NCBI GenBank assembly: GCA_040776945.1
Contig: JAXGZN010000002.1
Coordinates: 320,001 to 384,000 of the forward strand
DNA length: 64,000 nt
DNA from: Methanomassiliicoccaceae archaeon
GTDB taxonomy: Archaea > Thermoplasmatota > Thermoplasmata > Methanomassiliicoccales > Methanomassiliicoccaceae
Direction: 5' to 3'
Program-made: the position numbers and the translations under genes
Notes under the pieces: generated by a model
The model's input: only the letters and a program-made list of their open reading frames with translations
Told to the model about the DNA's origin: nothing
Databases searched by the model: none
Shown: piece after piece, positions 51,496 to 62,303 of the stretch
How the letters are laid out: each line of letters begins with the position of its first letter
Position numbering within the stretch: the first letter of the stretch is position 1

Positions 51496-52755
51496 ATGGA
51501 AATGCGAATAGGAGCAAAGATCGGAGTAATCTTGATAATCGCGTGCCTAGCGATGTTATTGGTGCCAGTAGGCCACGCCTCCGCTTTTGGTGAGGAGCTG
51601 ACCACTCCTACCGGAGGCACGGGAGCTACGGGCGACCAATCGTTGCTGGAGGATGAGCTGCATAAATACAACAAGAACCAGGACGTCTGGTTCATGCTCA
51701 TGCTGGTCGCCTTCCTGATGATGTTCATCCGGAAGTTCGAGTGGGGCGTCGCGCTCGCGGTGCTCCTGGTGACAGTCACCAGCTTTCTGGCATACATGGC
51801 CGTCGAGGAGTTCTTCTTCGATAAAGCGTGGAACCAGGACCTGATGTTGATGGGAGTGATATGTTCGATCACCGTGGTCATCGCGATAGGGATGTTCCTT
51901 GGGACGGTGAAGATGTGGCAGTACTTGCTCGTCGGAGCCATATTCGGTCCGATGTTCGCTTTTATCGAGTGGTTCATGTTCACCTATCTGGACGGTGTTG
52001 TCGACCCCGGTGGATCGATCCTGGTGCACATGTGCGCGGCGTACTTCGGCATGGGCGTTATATTGACTATCAGGGAGAAAAGAGCGTTCCATGAGCCGAT
52101 GTACACCACAACACATAGCGTCACCTTCGTCTGGTTGGCGTCAATGCTATTATGGATGTTGTGGCCTTCCTTCGTGACCGCCCTGCTTCCCGCGGACCAG
52201 GTCACTTGGGGAATGATCACCTGCTACATGGCAGGCATAGGCTCGATAATCACCACCTATATCATATGTCAGCTGGTGCAGAAGAAGGTCAATCCGCTGA
52301 TCTATACATACGCGATGCTGGCCGGCCCGGTGGCAATCGGTTCACCGCTGCTATCGGTCAACCAGTGGGGAGCGCTCATAATCGGATTGATCGCCGGTGC
52401 CCTGTCCGCCCTGGCGTTCATCTACCTGCAGCCGTGGCTGTGCAAGAAGATCGGAGCGCTCGACGTCATGGGCGTGCACAACCTGCATGGTGTCGGAGGA
52501 TGGATCGGTGCCCTATCCGCTGCGATAATCATCGGTAGCGTGACCAACGCTATCGCCGCGGTCGGTGTCGTCATAATAACCATGGTCGTCGGCGGCATAA
52601 CCGGCGGCATCGTGAGACTGACCAGGGGGACCATCACCGATGACATGCTGTTCACCGATGACAGCGACTTCATAAAGACCGAGGCCCCACCGCTGGAGGC
52701 TCTGCCCAGGGAGGTGATTGTGGCAGGCGGGACAGTTCCTGCAGACCAACGTTGA
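51496..52755 (+). CDS. Amt/Rh-family ammonium/methylammonium channel (Rh-like)
   Basis: QDVWFM..FLMMF, DPGGSILVH..AAYFG, LWMLWPSF and DVMGVHNLHG motifs; cleavable-looking N-terminal signal. Confidence 0.88.
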   Translation: MEMRIGAKIGVILIIACLAMLLVPVGHASAFGEELTTPTGGTGATGDQSLLEDELHKYNKNQDVWFMLMLVAFLMMFIRKFEWGVALAVLLVTVTSFLAYMAVEEFFFDKAWNQDLMLMGVICSITVVIAIGMFLGTVKMWQYLLVGAIFGPMFAFIEWFMFTYLDGVVDPGGSILVHMCAAYFGMGVILTIREKRAFHEPMYTTTHSVTFVWLASMLLWMLWPSFVTALLPADQVTWGMITCYMAGIGSIITTYIICQLVQKKVNPLIYTYAMLAGPVAIGSPLLSVNQWGALIIGLIAGALSALAFIYLQPWLCKKIGALDVMGVHNLHGVGGWIGALSAAIIIGSVTNAIAAVGVVIITMVVGGITGGIVRLTRGTITDDMLFTDDSDFIKTEAPPLEALPREVIVAGGTVPADQR

Positions 52756-53039
52756 TTCCTCCTCAAGAAAAACGAAGCGTGCTCCCACACGTGTTCGATA
52801 CTTCCACCAAAACCCCTTCAAAACCTTTTCCCAATCACTTACCCGCATCGCCCCCTGTTCTGTTCTCAGCGCGTTCCGTTCGCGTAGGGTGATGGAAGGC
52901 CGGACGATCTTCCGGTCCGTGCGACCTGTTCTTCGATCCCCGATCCCCTCTACGCCTGAAGGCACGCCGGAGGCCATGATGATTATAACTATGTAGAATG
53001 AGCTAGAATAAGACCATCAAAGGCCCATTTTGGTGAGAC

Positions 53040-55298
53040 ATGGTCCCCATAGACAGATTATCGGCTGGTAGTCTCAGGGAGATCGTTCATCTGTCCGGAG
53101 AGGGCATAATGGTCCTGGACCAGGACGGGCGGATAGATGACATCAATGAGCGCGGGGCCTCGATGCTGGGCAAACGTCCGGAGGACCTGATCGGGCGCGT
53201 ACTGGACCAGGCGGGCCTTCCAGCCGCGGCGGCCTCGGCAGGCCATCGAGAGGAACTTGTACTACTTGACGGCGGTCGAGCGGCCCGGTTTTCCTTGACC
53301 TCCGCGCCCCTCCGCGGCGACGAGGAAGGAAGAGGGACCCTGATCATCTTCCGGGAAATCACCGGCGCCTGGGAGGCCGAGGCCAGGTATCGCTCCCTGT
53401 TCCAGAACCCCCACGAGGTCGTGGCGCTGATGAGGTATGTGCTCGACAGCGAGGACAATGTCATCGACGCGGTCTTCGCCGACGTGAACGAACTGTTCAC
53501 GGCCGCGACAGGGCTGACAAGGGCAGAGGTGGCGGAAAGGACGGCCACCGAGGTGCTCGGCCTCGATGCCGTGCGGGAGCACCTGTCCATCCTTCAACAT
53601 GTCCGGTCGAGGAACGAGAGGATGTCCTGCGAGACCTATTATGCTCCGCTCGATGCGACCGTCCGCAACTTCTTCGCACCGGCAGGTCCGGACATGTTCA
53701 TCCTTTCCTCGATGAACGTAACCAAGGTCGCAAGGGCCATGAAGGCATTAGAGGAGAAGGCCGAGGTCGCCCGCCGAAAGACCGAGGAGATGGAGGCATT
53801 GATGGACATCGTCCCATCGGCCATTTGGATCGCCGATGATCCTGAGTGCAAGGTCATCACCGGCAATAGGGCCGCCGATCTTCTCTACGAGTCCGAGGAC
53901 GACGAGAACGTTTCCGCCGGGACCTCCAAAGGAGTGGAGCTCAACCCAACGAGGCGTTTTTTCAAGAACGGTCGGGAGCTTAGGCCGGAGGAGCTTCCGA
54001 TGCAGGCCGCGGCCGCCACGGGAGCGCCACATCTCAATTGTGAGATCGACGTCCTGGTGCCCAGCGGTAAAAGGAAAACGATTCTGGGCAACGCGATCCC
54101 TCTATTCGACAATGACGGCAAGGTTCGCGGCAGCGTTGCATCGTTCCTCGACATCACCGAGCGCAAGACGACCGAACAGCGGCTCAAGGAGAGCGAGGCC
54201 AAATACCATGGGCTGTTCGATTGCCTGCACGAGGCGGTGAGCATATCGGAATACCTATTTGATGAGCAGGGAGAGGTAATCGACTGGAAATGCCTCGATG
54301 CCAATCGAAGGGCCTCTATGTTGTTCGGGAAGAGGAAGGAGGAGCTTATAGGCCTTAAGGCCTCCCAGATGGTTGGAGAGGCCACGGTGGCCAAGCTGCT
54401 CCCGATGGTGAGGGACATGAGAGCTTCCGGCCTCCCGCAGATGTTCGAGGACCGCTTCGAGCCATTGAAAAGGGACTTCCTCAACATGTTCAATCCCTTC
54501 GGCAAGGACCTCTTCATCTCCACATCGTTGGACATCACTGTGATCAAGGAGGCCCAGAGGCGGGCGGAGGACTACTCCAAAAAGCTCGAGCGCTCCAACG
54601 AGGAGCTGCAGCAGTTCGCCTACGTGGCCTCTCACGACCTGCAGGAACCGCTGCGCATGGTGACCATCTATATCGGCCTGCTGGAGAAGAGGCACGGCAG
54701 GGAGCTTAGCGATGAGGCAAGGAGATGCATGGACACCGCGGTCGAAGGGGCCCACCGCATGCGGCAGCTGGTGAACGACCTATTGGCCTACTCGCGCGTG
54801 GACTCGTTCACCGTAGACCTTGTTCCGGTCGATCTGGGAGAAGCGACCATGTCGGTGATGGCCGAGCTACGGCCGTCGATCATGGAGGCAGAGGCCGACA
54901 TAATCATCGATCGACTTCCGATCGTGCGCGCGGACGAGGCCCAGATGAGGCAGTTGCTGACCAATCTGGTCGGCAACGCAATCAAGTTCCGCAGGGGACC
55001 TGCGCCGGTGGTCCGCATCTCCGCCGCCGCCACTCGGGAGCATCATCATATCTCGATCGAGGACAACGGCATCGGCATAGATCCCAGGCACTCCGACAAG
55101 TTGTTCCATATGTTCCAGCGGCTGCACACCAGGGAGGAGTACCCCGGCACCGGCATCGGCCTAGCCATAAGCAAGAAGATCGTGGAGCGGCACGGCGGAC
55201 GCATCTGGTTCGAGTCGGAGGTCGGGAAGGGTACGACGTTCCATTTCACCCTGCCGCGGTCAGGGGAAGGCGATCAAGGACCGGTCGGGCCGCAATGA
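53040..55298 (+). CDS. Multi-PAS sensor histidine kinase
   Basis: Several PAS domains, ASHDLQEPL, NAIKF and FQRLHTREEYPGTGIGL motifs. Confidence 0.92.
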   Translation: MVPIDRLSAGSLREIVHLSGEGIMVLDQDGRIDDINERGASMLGKRPEDLIGRVLDQAGLPAAAASAGHREELVLLDGGRAARFSLTSAPLRGDEEGRGTLIIFREITGAWEAEARYRSLFQNPHEVVALMRYVLDSEDNVIDAVFADVNELFTAATGLTRAEVAERTATEVLGLDAVREHLSILQHVRSRNERMSCETYYAPLDATVRNFFAPAGPDMFILSSMNVTKVARAMKALEEKAEVARRKTEEMEALMDIVPSAIWIADDPECKVITGNRAADLLYESEDDENVSAGTSKGVELNPTRRFFKNGRELRPEELPMQAAAATGAPHLNCEIDVLVPSGKRKTILGNAIPLFDNDGKVRGSVASFLDITERKTTEQRLKESEAKYHGLFDCLHEAVSISEYLFDEQGEVIDWKCLDANRRASMLFGKRKEELIGLKASQMVGEATVAKLLPMVRDMRASGLPQMFEDRFEPLKRDFLNMFNPFGKDLFISTSLDITVIKEAQRRAEDYSKKLERSNEELQQFAYVASHDLQEPLRMVTIYIGLLEKRHGRELSDEARRCMDTAVEGAHRMRQLVNDLLAYSRVDSFTVDLVPVDLGEATMSVMAELRPSIMEAEADIIIDRLPIVRADEAQMRQLLTNLVGNAIKFRRGPAPVVRISAAATREHHHISIEDNGIGIDPRHSDKLFHMFQRLHTREEYPGTGIGLAISKKIVERHGGRIWFESEVGKGTTFHFTLPRSGEGDQGPVGPQ

Positions 55299-55781
55299 CC
55301 TGCATGGCGGCCTCAATGTCAATTACGGACATCTGCGCCCGGCAGGGCCCTTTCAAAGGTCGCCACCTTTCCGCAGAGCACGCATCTCTCGACGACCTGG
55401 ACCTTATCCATCCTGAACCTGATGTCCTGCAGATGTCCGCACCCTGGACATGGGACCGTTCTCAGGACATAATGACGCATCCTCATATGCTCGTTCCATT
55501 GAGCGCCCGGTCAGGTTATTCCGCTTTCGGGGGGAGGTGTCCGAAAATGGCCCCGCCGAGGCACAGCCCGTCCGGACCGGCCAGCGGGCTGCCGTTCCCA
55601 TGCTTCTAGCGCGGGAGGAAAGCGAACCTCTCCAATCTATCGAACTGGAAAGATCACTTGGGTTCGGGCGGCCATCATCAGAGACCATTAAATACATCCA
55701 GTTCTACTTATTATCTCAACATTAAGATTTATGACGCCGGCCTGGGGCGGGCCAAAGGGCGTTCTAGAGCGGGGGGCGGAC

Positions 55782-57341
55782 ATGAGCATCGCGAGGATAT
55801 GGTCGATCAGGAGGCCCGGTGGCAATGTGGACACCGGCCGCAGGCAAATGGGCCCGCTATGGGCGGTCATCCTGCTATCAGCAGCACTGCTGGCCCCGCT
55901 CGCCGCAGCCCAAGGCGCGGCGGAGGCCGGAACGGAGCCGGTGATGGCGGTCGAGACCATAAGGACGGGAAGCTCATCGGACTGCGATATCGCCGTGGAC
56001 CCCAACGGCAACCCTCACGTCTGCTATTTCGACGTCGACAGCGGAAGCCTGATGTACGCCACCGGCCACAGGGGCACATGGTCCATCGAGGCCATCGCCG
56101 GCCCGGGACTGACAGGGAGCGCATTCTCCCTGGCGGTGGACGCGGAAGGAAACGCCCACGTATCGTACGTCGGAACCTATGGGACGAGCTACGACGACCT
56201 CATCTATGCCACCAATAAAGGCGGGAGGTGGCACCATCAGCTAATAGATGACGCGGAAGTGCTGGGATATACCTCTGCGGCTGTCGACGGCCAGGGAAGC
56301 GTCCACATCAGCTATCACACCGGCGGCAGCTATGAGGACGACAACCTCATGTATGCCACGAACGCGGGCGGCACATGGAGGACCGAGGTCGTGGATGCCG
56401 GGCAGGCCGGATACTACAACGCCATCGCCATCGGTCCGAACGGGACCGTCCACATCGCAGCCTACGCCGGGATCGGAAGCAAGCCGCTCAGGCACAGCAC
56501 CAATGAGGGCGGCCTGTGGAGCAGCGAGGACATCGAGGGAAGCGTGTGGGTCGGAAGCTTCTGCTCGATAGCGTTGGACCCTCATGGCCACCCCCGCGTT
56601 GCGGCGTCCACAAGCGACCATATCGGCCAAGTGGACCTGAAGCACGTCATCCGCTCTGACGGTGCATGGTCTCCGGAGATCATCGAGCACGGAGGCTACG
56701 TATGGGGCCGCTCCATAGCCATCGATGGCAATGACAGCTCCCACATTTGCTATCGCTCCTATGCCGACAACGCGCTCATGTACCAGACCAATGCCGGAGG
56801 GCAGTGGAGCGCCAGGACCGTCGACCTTCTCGGCTCGGCGAACTCCTGCGGCTCGATAGCCGTCAGCAGCGACGGCGTCGTTCACATGTGCTATATAACT
56901 AAGGACGCTGGCGGCACACGTCTCAAGCACGCCACGATCGGAGACGTCCAGAACATCGAGGCGCCGTCCGCCCCGACCGGCCTGGCGGCATCGGTCGTCA
57001 ACGGCTCGGTGCAGCTCAGCTGGACCTCCCAGTCCAGCGGCTCTGCGTTCAACGTGTATCGCGGGACCGACCCCAGCGCGATGAGCCTCATCGCCACGGT
57101 CAACGGGACCTCATACCTGGACAGGGAGCCCGGAGGGGCCGGTTCGTTCTTCTACCGGGTCGAAGCGGTGGACGGCGGCGGCGCGAGCGAGGCGGTCCAG
57201 GCGGTCGTGAACATCACGGCATCCGACAGCTTGGTCAGGGACGAACCTCTCCTGCCGGTGTCTCTCGCGGGCATCATCGGAGCGGGGGCCGTCGTTGCCA
57301 TGCTTGCTCTGGGCGCGATCATCCTGATGAAGCGGAAATGA
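55782..57341 (+). CDS. Cell-surface protein: repeat beta-propeller-like domain + FN3 + C-terminal TM anchor
   Basis: About seven repeats of AVD..G..H.sY...L.YAT..GG.W; APSAPTGL..V.LSW..FNVYRG FN3 motif; hydrophobic tail followed by KRK; start uncertain. Confidence 0.85.
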   Translation: MSIARIWSIRRPGGNVDTGRRQMGPLWAVILLSAALLAPLAAAQGAAEAGTEPVMAVETIRTGSSSDCDIAVDPNGNPHVCYFDVDSGSLMYATGHRGTWSIEAIAGPGLTGSAFSLAVDAEGNAHVSYVGTYGTSYDDLIYATNKGGRWHHQLIDDAEVLGYTSAAVDGQGSVHISYHTGGSYEDDNLMYATNAGGTWRTEVVDAGQAGYYNAIAIGPNGTVHIAAYAGIGSKPLRHSTNEGGLWSSEDIEGSVWVGSFCSIALDPHGHPRVAASTSDHIGQVDLKHVIRSDGAWSPEIIEHGGYVWGRSIAIDGNDSSHICYRSYADNALMYQTNAGGQWSARTVDLLGSANSCGSIAVSSDGVVHMCYITKDAGGTRLKHATIGDVQNIEAPSAPTGLAASVVNGSVQLSWTSQSSGSAFNVYRGTDPSAMSLIATVNGTSYLDREPGGAGSFFYRVEAVDGGGASEAVQAVVNITASDSLVRDEPLLPVSLAGIIGAGAVVAMLALGAIILMKRK

Positions 57342-57494
57342 CGGCCATCCACGAGGGTTGTCCGCTGTGCACAGCCATCCTCTCCCAGGCGGCCGCGGTT
57401 CTAGCGTCCATAACCTCTCTCCAGGCCTTAGGCTACGCAAGAGATTAAGATAGTTCGAGCGCGTTATGTCCCTAAGCACTGCGGCGGACCTCCT

Positions 57495-58433
57495 ATGATG
57501 CCCATCGAAGTAAGGGAGCTCGTTAAGCACTATGGGGACGTAAAGGCTGTAGATGGCATCTCCTTTTCCGTCAAGGAGGGCGAGATATTCGGGCTCCTGG
57601 GGCCCAACGGCGCTGGTAAAACGACCACCATCGAGATCCTGGAAGGTCTGAGGAAGAAGGACGGGGGCGAGGCCCTTGTGCTCGGCATCGACCCCTGGAG
57701 CGATGGACGCCGCCTTCACCGCAGGATCGGGGTGATCCCCCAGGAGTTCAACTTCTTCGAGAAGACCACCCCGAGAGAGGCGGTCATCTACTATGCCAGC
57801 CTCTTCGGCGTCAAGGTCGATGCGGACGAGATCCTGAGGTCGGTGCTGCTGGAGAGCTCTTCGAACACGCTGTTCGAGAACCTTTCGGGAGGGCAGAAGC
57901 AGAAGACCGGCCTTGCTCTTTCCCTGGTGAACTCCCCGGACCTGCTTTTCCTTGACGAGCCGACCACGGGCCTGGACCCCAACGCCCGGAGGGCGATCTG
58001 GGAGGTCATAGAGAACCTCAAGGTCAAGGGCAAGACCATCGTGCTCACGACCCATTACCTGGATGAGGCCCAGCGGCTGTCGGACAGGGTCGCGATCATG
58101 GACCAAGGGCGGATCGTGGCGATGGGCACCTCTGAGGAGATCATCGCCCGGCACGGCTCCGGAGAGAGGCTGGAGATCCAGGGAAGCGAGGCCCTTGCGA
58201 ACTACATCCGCGCGGACACCGGCCTGGATGTCGGGCATGCCGGGAACGAGATAAGCATCGCCATCGGGACAAAGAACGATGCGCTGGCGGCCCTCGAGTC
58301 GGCGGAACGGTCCAAGATGGATTGGGGGGACATACGGACCAGGAGGGACAGCCTGGACGATGTGTTCGTAAGGCTGGTAAGAGGAGAGGTCGACGAGACC
58401 GGGGATCTGGTAGGGGGCGAGAGGGATGGATGA
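57495..58433 (+). CDS. ABC transporter ATP-binding protein (ABC-2/drug-export type)
   Basis: GPNGAGKTT, LSGGQ, FLDEPT and TTH motifs. Confidence 0.95.
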   Translation: MMPIEVRELVKHYGDVKAVDGISFSVKEGEIFGLLGPNGAGKTTTIEILEGLRKKDGGEALVLGIDPWSDGRRLHRRIGVIPQEFNFFEKTTPREAVIYYASLFGVKVDADEILRSVLLESSSNTLFENLSGGQKQKTGLALSLVNSPDLLFLDEPTTGLDPNARRAIWEVIENLKVKGKTIVLTTHYLDEAQRLSDRVAIMDQGRIVAMGTSEEIIARHGSGERLEIQGSEALANYIRADTGLDVGHAGNEISIAIGTKNDALAALESAERSKMDWGDIRTRRDSLDDVFVRLVRGEVDETGDLVGGERDG

Positions 58434-59565
58434 GCCTCGCTCCGGCCGAGGGATAAGCGGCAGGCGGATCCTTGCCGACTTCCTGGTGTACAGCCGGGGG
58501 TACCTGCGGAACCGCATAGGGGTCTTCTTCGGCCTGGTCTTCCCGGTAGTACTGATACTGATCTTCGGGGCCATCTTCTCCGGCACCTCCTCCGGGACGG
58601 TGACGGTCTACGTGCAGAACTTGGACGCCGGCCCCTTCCCATCCCCAGAGATGGACATCTCGGGACATCTCATCGACGCCCTGAACAGGTCAGGCACGGT
58701 GAACGTGGTCATGGTGTCGCCCTCTGAGGACCTTCCGAGGTACATGGCCAACCGCTCCGCGTCGGACGGCGTGGTGATACCGGCGGACTTCTCGTCCGAC
58801 TACCTCGCCGCCCGGCCGATCAACCTGACCGTTTACGGCAACCCCGCCTCCAGCAGCAGCGCCATAGTATCGGGCACGCTCGGCGGGATAGCCAACCTCT
58901 TCAACCTGCAGCGGTTCAACGGGACGAGCGTCATCGGCCTGGACCATGCGACCGTCAGCGCCCAGCAGACCGAGTACGTGGATTTCCTGATCCCAGGGCT
59001 GATAGGCTTCTCCATCCTCGTCAGCCCCATGTTCTCGCTGGTCAACGTGACCTCGGAATATAAGAAGACCAAGCTGTTCAAGCAGCTCAGCCTCACCCCC
59101 CTCACCAAGATGGAATGGCTGGCCGCGAAGGTCATGTGGTACATTGTCCTCTCGGCGGCGTCGTTCGTGCTGATGGTCATCGTGGGCATAGCCGCCTTCG
59201 GGGCCCACATCACGCTCACCGCATGGATAGTTCCGTTCTTGGTCCTGGGCCCCATGCTGTTCGCCGCGATCGGCATGCTCGTCGGCACGGTGTCGAAGAA
59301 CCCTGAGACGGCAGGAGTGGTCGGGAACATAGTCACCTTCCCCATGATGTTCCTGTCCGGTACCTTCTTCCCCATCAGCATCATGCCCGATTACCTTCAG
59401 ACCATCGCCCACGTCCTCCCGCTCTTCTACGTCATCGAGGGCTTGAACAACGTCATGGTCTACGACAATGTTGCGGGGGCGATGATCGACATCGCCGTGG
59501 TCGCGGTGCTGACCGCGGTATTCTTCATCGCCGCAGTGATGCTGTTCAAGTGGAGAGAGGATTGA
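58426..59565 (+). CDS. ABC-2 type permease
   Basis: FLIPGLIG and PMMFLSGTFFP motifs; overlaps the ATPase gene. Confidence 0.92.
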   Translation: MDEPRSGRGISGRRILADFLVYSRGYLRNRIGVFFGLVFPVVLILIFGAIFSGTSSGTVTVYVQNLDAGPFPSPEMDISGHLIDALNRSGTVNVVMVSPSEDLPRYMANRSASDGVVIPADFSSDYLAARPINLTVYGNPASSSSAIVSGTLGGIANLFNLQRFNGTSVIGLDHATVSAQQTEYVDFLIPGLIGFSILVSPMFSLVNVTSEYKKTKLFKQLSLTPLTKMEWLAAKVMWYIVLSAASFVLMVIVGIAAFGAHITLTAWIVPFLVLGPMLFAAIGMLVGTVSKNPETAGVVGNIVTFPMMFLSGTFFPISIMPDYLQTIAHVLPLFYVIEGLNNVMVYDNVAGAMIDIAVVAVLTAVFFIAAVMLFKWRED

Positions 59566-60056
59566 GCCGTCCTTTGCCTTGGCCGGCCTGATAGCAAAGG
59601 TCTCAGAGGAGGATCGCCCCCGGTGCTACGGAACGGTCTCACGTTGCGGCGAAGGTGCGATGCCTCCGGAGCGCTGCCGGACATGGTCCATCGCCTCAAC
59701 GTCGAAAGGGAGGTCCGTACCCGGTCCGACCAGGCCAATGGAGGGCCGGGCGACGATGTCGGCCTCAACTGCCACATATTTGATGATGGGACGGAAGGCG
59801 TTCAGAACGTCGTCGTAGCTGCCGCCGTCGGGCCCGGAAGGGCTTCCAACCTTGCCTACGGGACCGGCAACGGATGCGGCGCAGCCCGTCCCGTCCGTCT
59901 CGTCGGGCCTTGCAGCCTGCACTTGCCGTCTCGGCATGAAGGACCGGCGGGCCGTTCCTTATCTCCCCCGGCGACAGGGACCATGCTCAAGGGGAACATA
60001 TTATCACCCATCTCCTCCAACGTGGCATCGGCATCGAGCGAACGAAGGGTGATGAT

Positions 60057-60368
60057 ATGAGATCGACAGAGGCGGTGGAGAAGAGGAGCGAAGTATCGAA
60101 CGGTCCGGCCGGAAGACCGCTCCTCGAGAACGACAGAGTGAGGATCATAAGATCGATCATCGGGCCGGGAGAGAGGAAGGCCATGCACTCCCATCCCGAT
60201 CACGCGATCTATGTGGTCAAGGGCGGAAAGGTGCGCTCGACCTCCCCGGGGGGCTCTCAGGACCTAGACCTGGTGGGAGGCGAAGCGCTGTTCATGGGAC
60301 CGATGTCGCACGAGGTCGCCAACATCGGCGACACCGAGGTCGAGCTGGTGGTCATCGAGATCAAGTGA
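60057..60368 (+). CDS. Cupin-domain protein
   Basis: LLENDRVR, MHSHP and HEVANIG motifs. Confidence 0.85.
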   Translation: MRSTEAVEKRSEVSNGPAGRPLLENDRVRIIRSIIGPGERKAMHSHPDHAIYVVKGGKVRSTSPGGSQDLDLVGGEALFMGPMSHEVANIGDTEVELVVIEIK

Positions 60369-60431
60369 TCCATCGGGCCCTCGTCCGCGCATAGGCACGA
60401 CCGAGCCCCGGCCTGGAGAGCGGAGGCCCGG

Positions 60432-60968
60432 TCAGGGCGCCGGTTCGCTGTACCGCCGGTACATCCCGCGGAGATGCTCGTCCCGCAGCGAGTGGTAGGC
60501 GCGGGCGTTGGCCTCCGCCCGGTCGTGGATGCTGGCGTCATCGTACCGTATGATCTTGCCGGGAACGCCAACGACCACTGAGCGGGGAGGGATGTCCATG
60601 TTGCCGGTGATGACCGCGTTGGCGCCGATTATGCAGTCATCGCCTATGATCGCGCCCTCGATCACCGTCGAGTTCATCCCGATTATGCAGCTGTCGCCGA
60701 CGGTAGCGCCGTTGATGATCGCCCCGTGCCCGATGGTGACGTTCTTCCCTATGATCGTCGGAAAGCCGGTCTCCACGTGAAGGACGGCATGCTCCTGCAC
60801 GTTGCTTCCCTCCCCGACCACCACTCGGTCATGGTCGGCGCGTATCACCGCGTAGGGCCATATGCTCACTCCATCACCCAGTTCGTAGTTGCCGATCAGC
60901 ACCGCTGTCGGATCGATGTACCTGCTCACGCGATCGTCCTCTGGACCGATATCGGGCGGGAAGGCCAT
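60432..60968 (-). CDS. Gamma-class carbonic anhydrase family protein
   Basis: AVIRAD, SNVQE..VLH and VTIGHGA hexapeptide repeats; start uncertain. Confidence 0.88.
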   Translation of the reverse strand: MAFPPDIGPEDDRVSRYIDPTAVLIGNYELGDGVSIWPYAVIRADHDRVVVGEGSNVQEHAVLHVETGFPTIIGKNVTIGHGAIINGATVGDSCIIGMNSTVIEGAIIGDDCIIGANAVITGNMDIPPRSVVVGVPGKIIRYDDASIHDRAEANARAYHSLRDEHLRGMYRRYSEPAP

Positions 60969-61037
60969 ATACTATCTCGTTGCCGGGAAATGGGCAGCAC
61001 AATCAATATCCATGCGAGGACATGACGATCATAGTAC

Positions 61038-61589
61038 ATGTTGTCCAAAGAGAGCGCCTTGGCCATCGTTCGCGAGCACATACGGAAGGAGAGCAACATC
61101 AAGCACATGATCGCCGTGGGAGCGATCATGGGCGAGCTCGCCGCTCGCTTCGGCGAGGATGCAGTCCGCTGGGAACTGGCAGGGCTGCTGCATGACATCG
61201 ACCTGGAGGAGTGCTCGTCCATGGAGGACCACGGCGTCATAGCGAAGGGCATCCTCTCCGGCAAGGTGGACGATGAGATCATCGATGTCATCATGGCGCA
61301 CAACCACGAGGCGACCGGCGTGCCGGTGGACAGCCGGGCGAAGACCGCCCTTATCGCCTCCGATGCCGCCTCCGGACTGATCATGGCCTGCGCCCTGGTC
61401 ATGCCGTCGAAGAAGCTCGCGGACGTACGGGCCAGTTCATTGCGGAAGAGGTTCGGCAGCAAGGACTTCGCAAGGAACGTGAGCCGCGAGCGGATAATGA
61501 GATGCGAGGAACTTGGCCTGTCCCGGGACGATTTCCTGGAGATATCCCTGGAAGGGCTGAGGAAGGTCTCAGATGAGCTGGGGCTGTGA
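61038..61589 (+). CDS. HD (HDIG-like) domain metal-dependent hydrolase
   Basis: KHMIAV, GLLHDID, AH and FARNVSR motifs. Confidence 0.88.
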   Translation: MLSKESALAIVREHIRKESNIKHMIAVGAIMGELAARFGEDAVRWELAGLLHDIDLEECSSMEDHGVIAKGILSGKVDDEIIDVIMAHNHEATGVPVDSRAKTALIASDAASGLIMACALVMPSKKLADVRASSLRKRFGSKDFARNVSRERIMRCEELGLSRDDFLEISLEGLRKVSDELGL

Positions 61590-62303
61590 TCCCGCACATC
61601 GGAACGGCGATCATCGTTGCCTCCCCGCACCCGCATGCCGTCCGACGCGGCACCGTTCCCCGGATACCCGTTCGAGCGGTCTCCCGTCCTGCATTGGGCG
61701 ATCGATATGCTCGTCCCGCCCCTCCCCCTCCGATCGCCGAACATGAACGGAGCTTCAGCCTCTCGGCCATCCTCTCGATCCATGAGCAAAGGAACCGTTC
61801 GACCGGCGCGAACCTGTCCGGACCGCCGGGGACGGGCTCCAGGCCCCTGTGGGACCGACAACTTGGGGCCGGGGGAAGGAGTTGCACCTTCGAACACGGA
61901 CTTGCGGTCCGCTCCATTGATGCTCTGGCACCCCGGCATTGATGCAAGCTGCCGACCATAGAACTCCGGCATTCGCAGGATGCCAACATGGTACAAGGTT
62001 CCATTGATATTAAACCTGCCTCGCCGACATCGTTGACGATACAGCTGGGGCTGCTCGATGGTCGATGCCATCGATGCCCATCTCAAGGGCCCCTCGAGCT
62101 CATCGCCTAGTGATTCCACAATGCGAAACATCATGACATTAGTTTTATCAATGCATAGAAGAATGAAAGAACGCCCCCCGGCTGAGGGGCCGCCAAGATT
62201 CCAATCCTTGTAGCTCATATGTTTCCTCCAAAATCCCTCTCAGCCGGGCCGGTCCTTTTCTCTCAGCGGATGGCCTCTGCGAGACCGTGGCGCGCAGGTC
62301 GAC

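Noticed and set aside
59826-59852. GCCCGGAAGGGC resembling SRP RNA helix 8
   Set aside because: Only a GNRA-capped 4-bp stem. The CAGG/AGCA internal loop and the rest of the SRP fold are absent.
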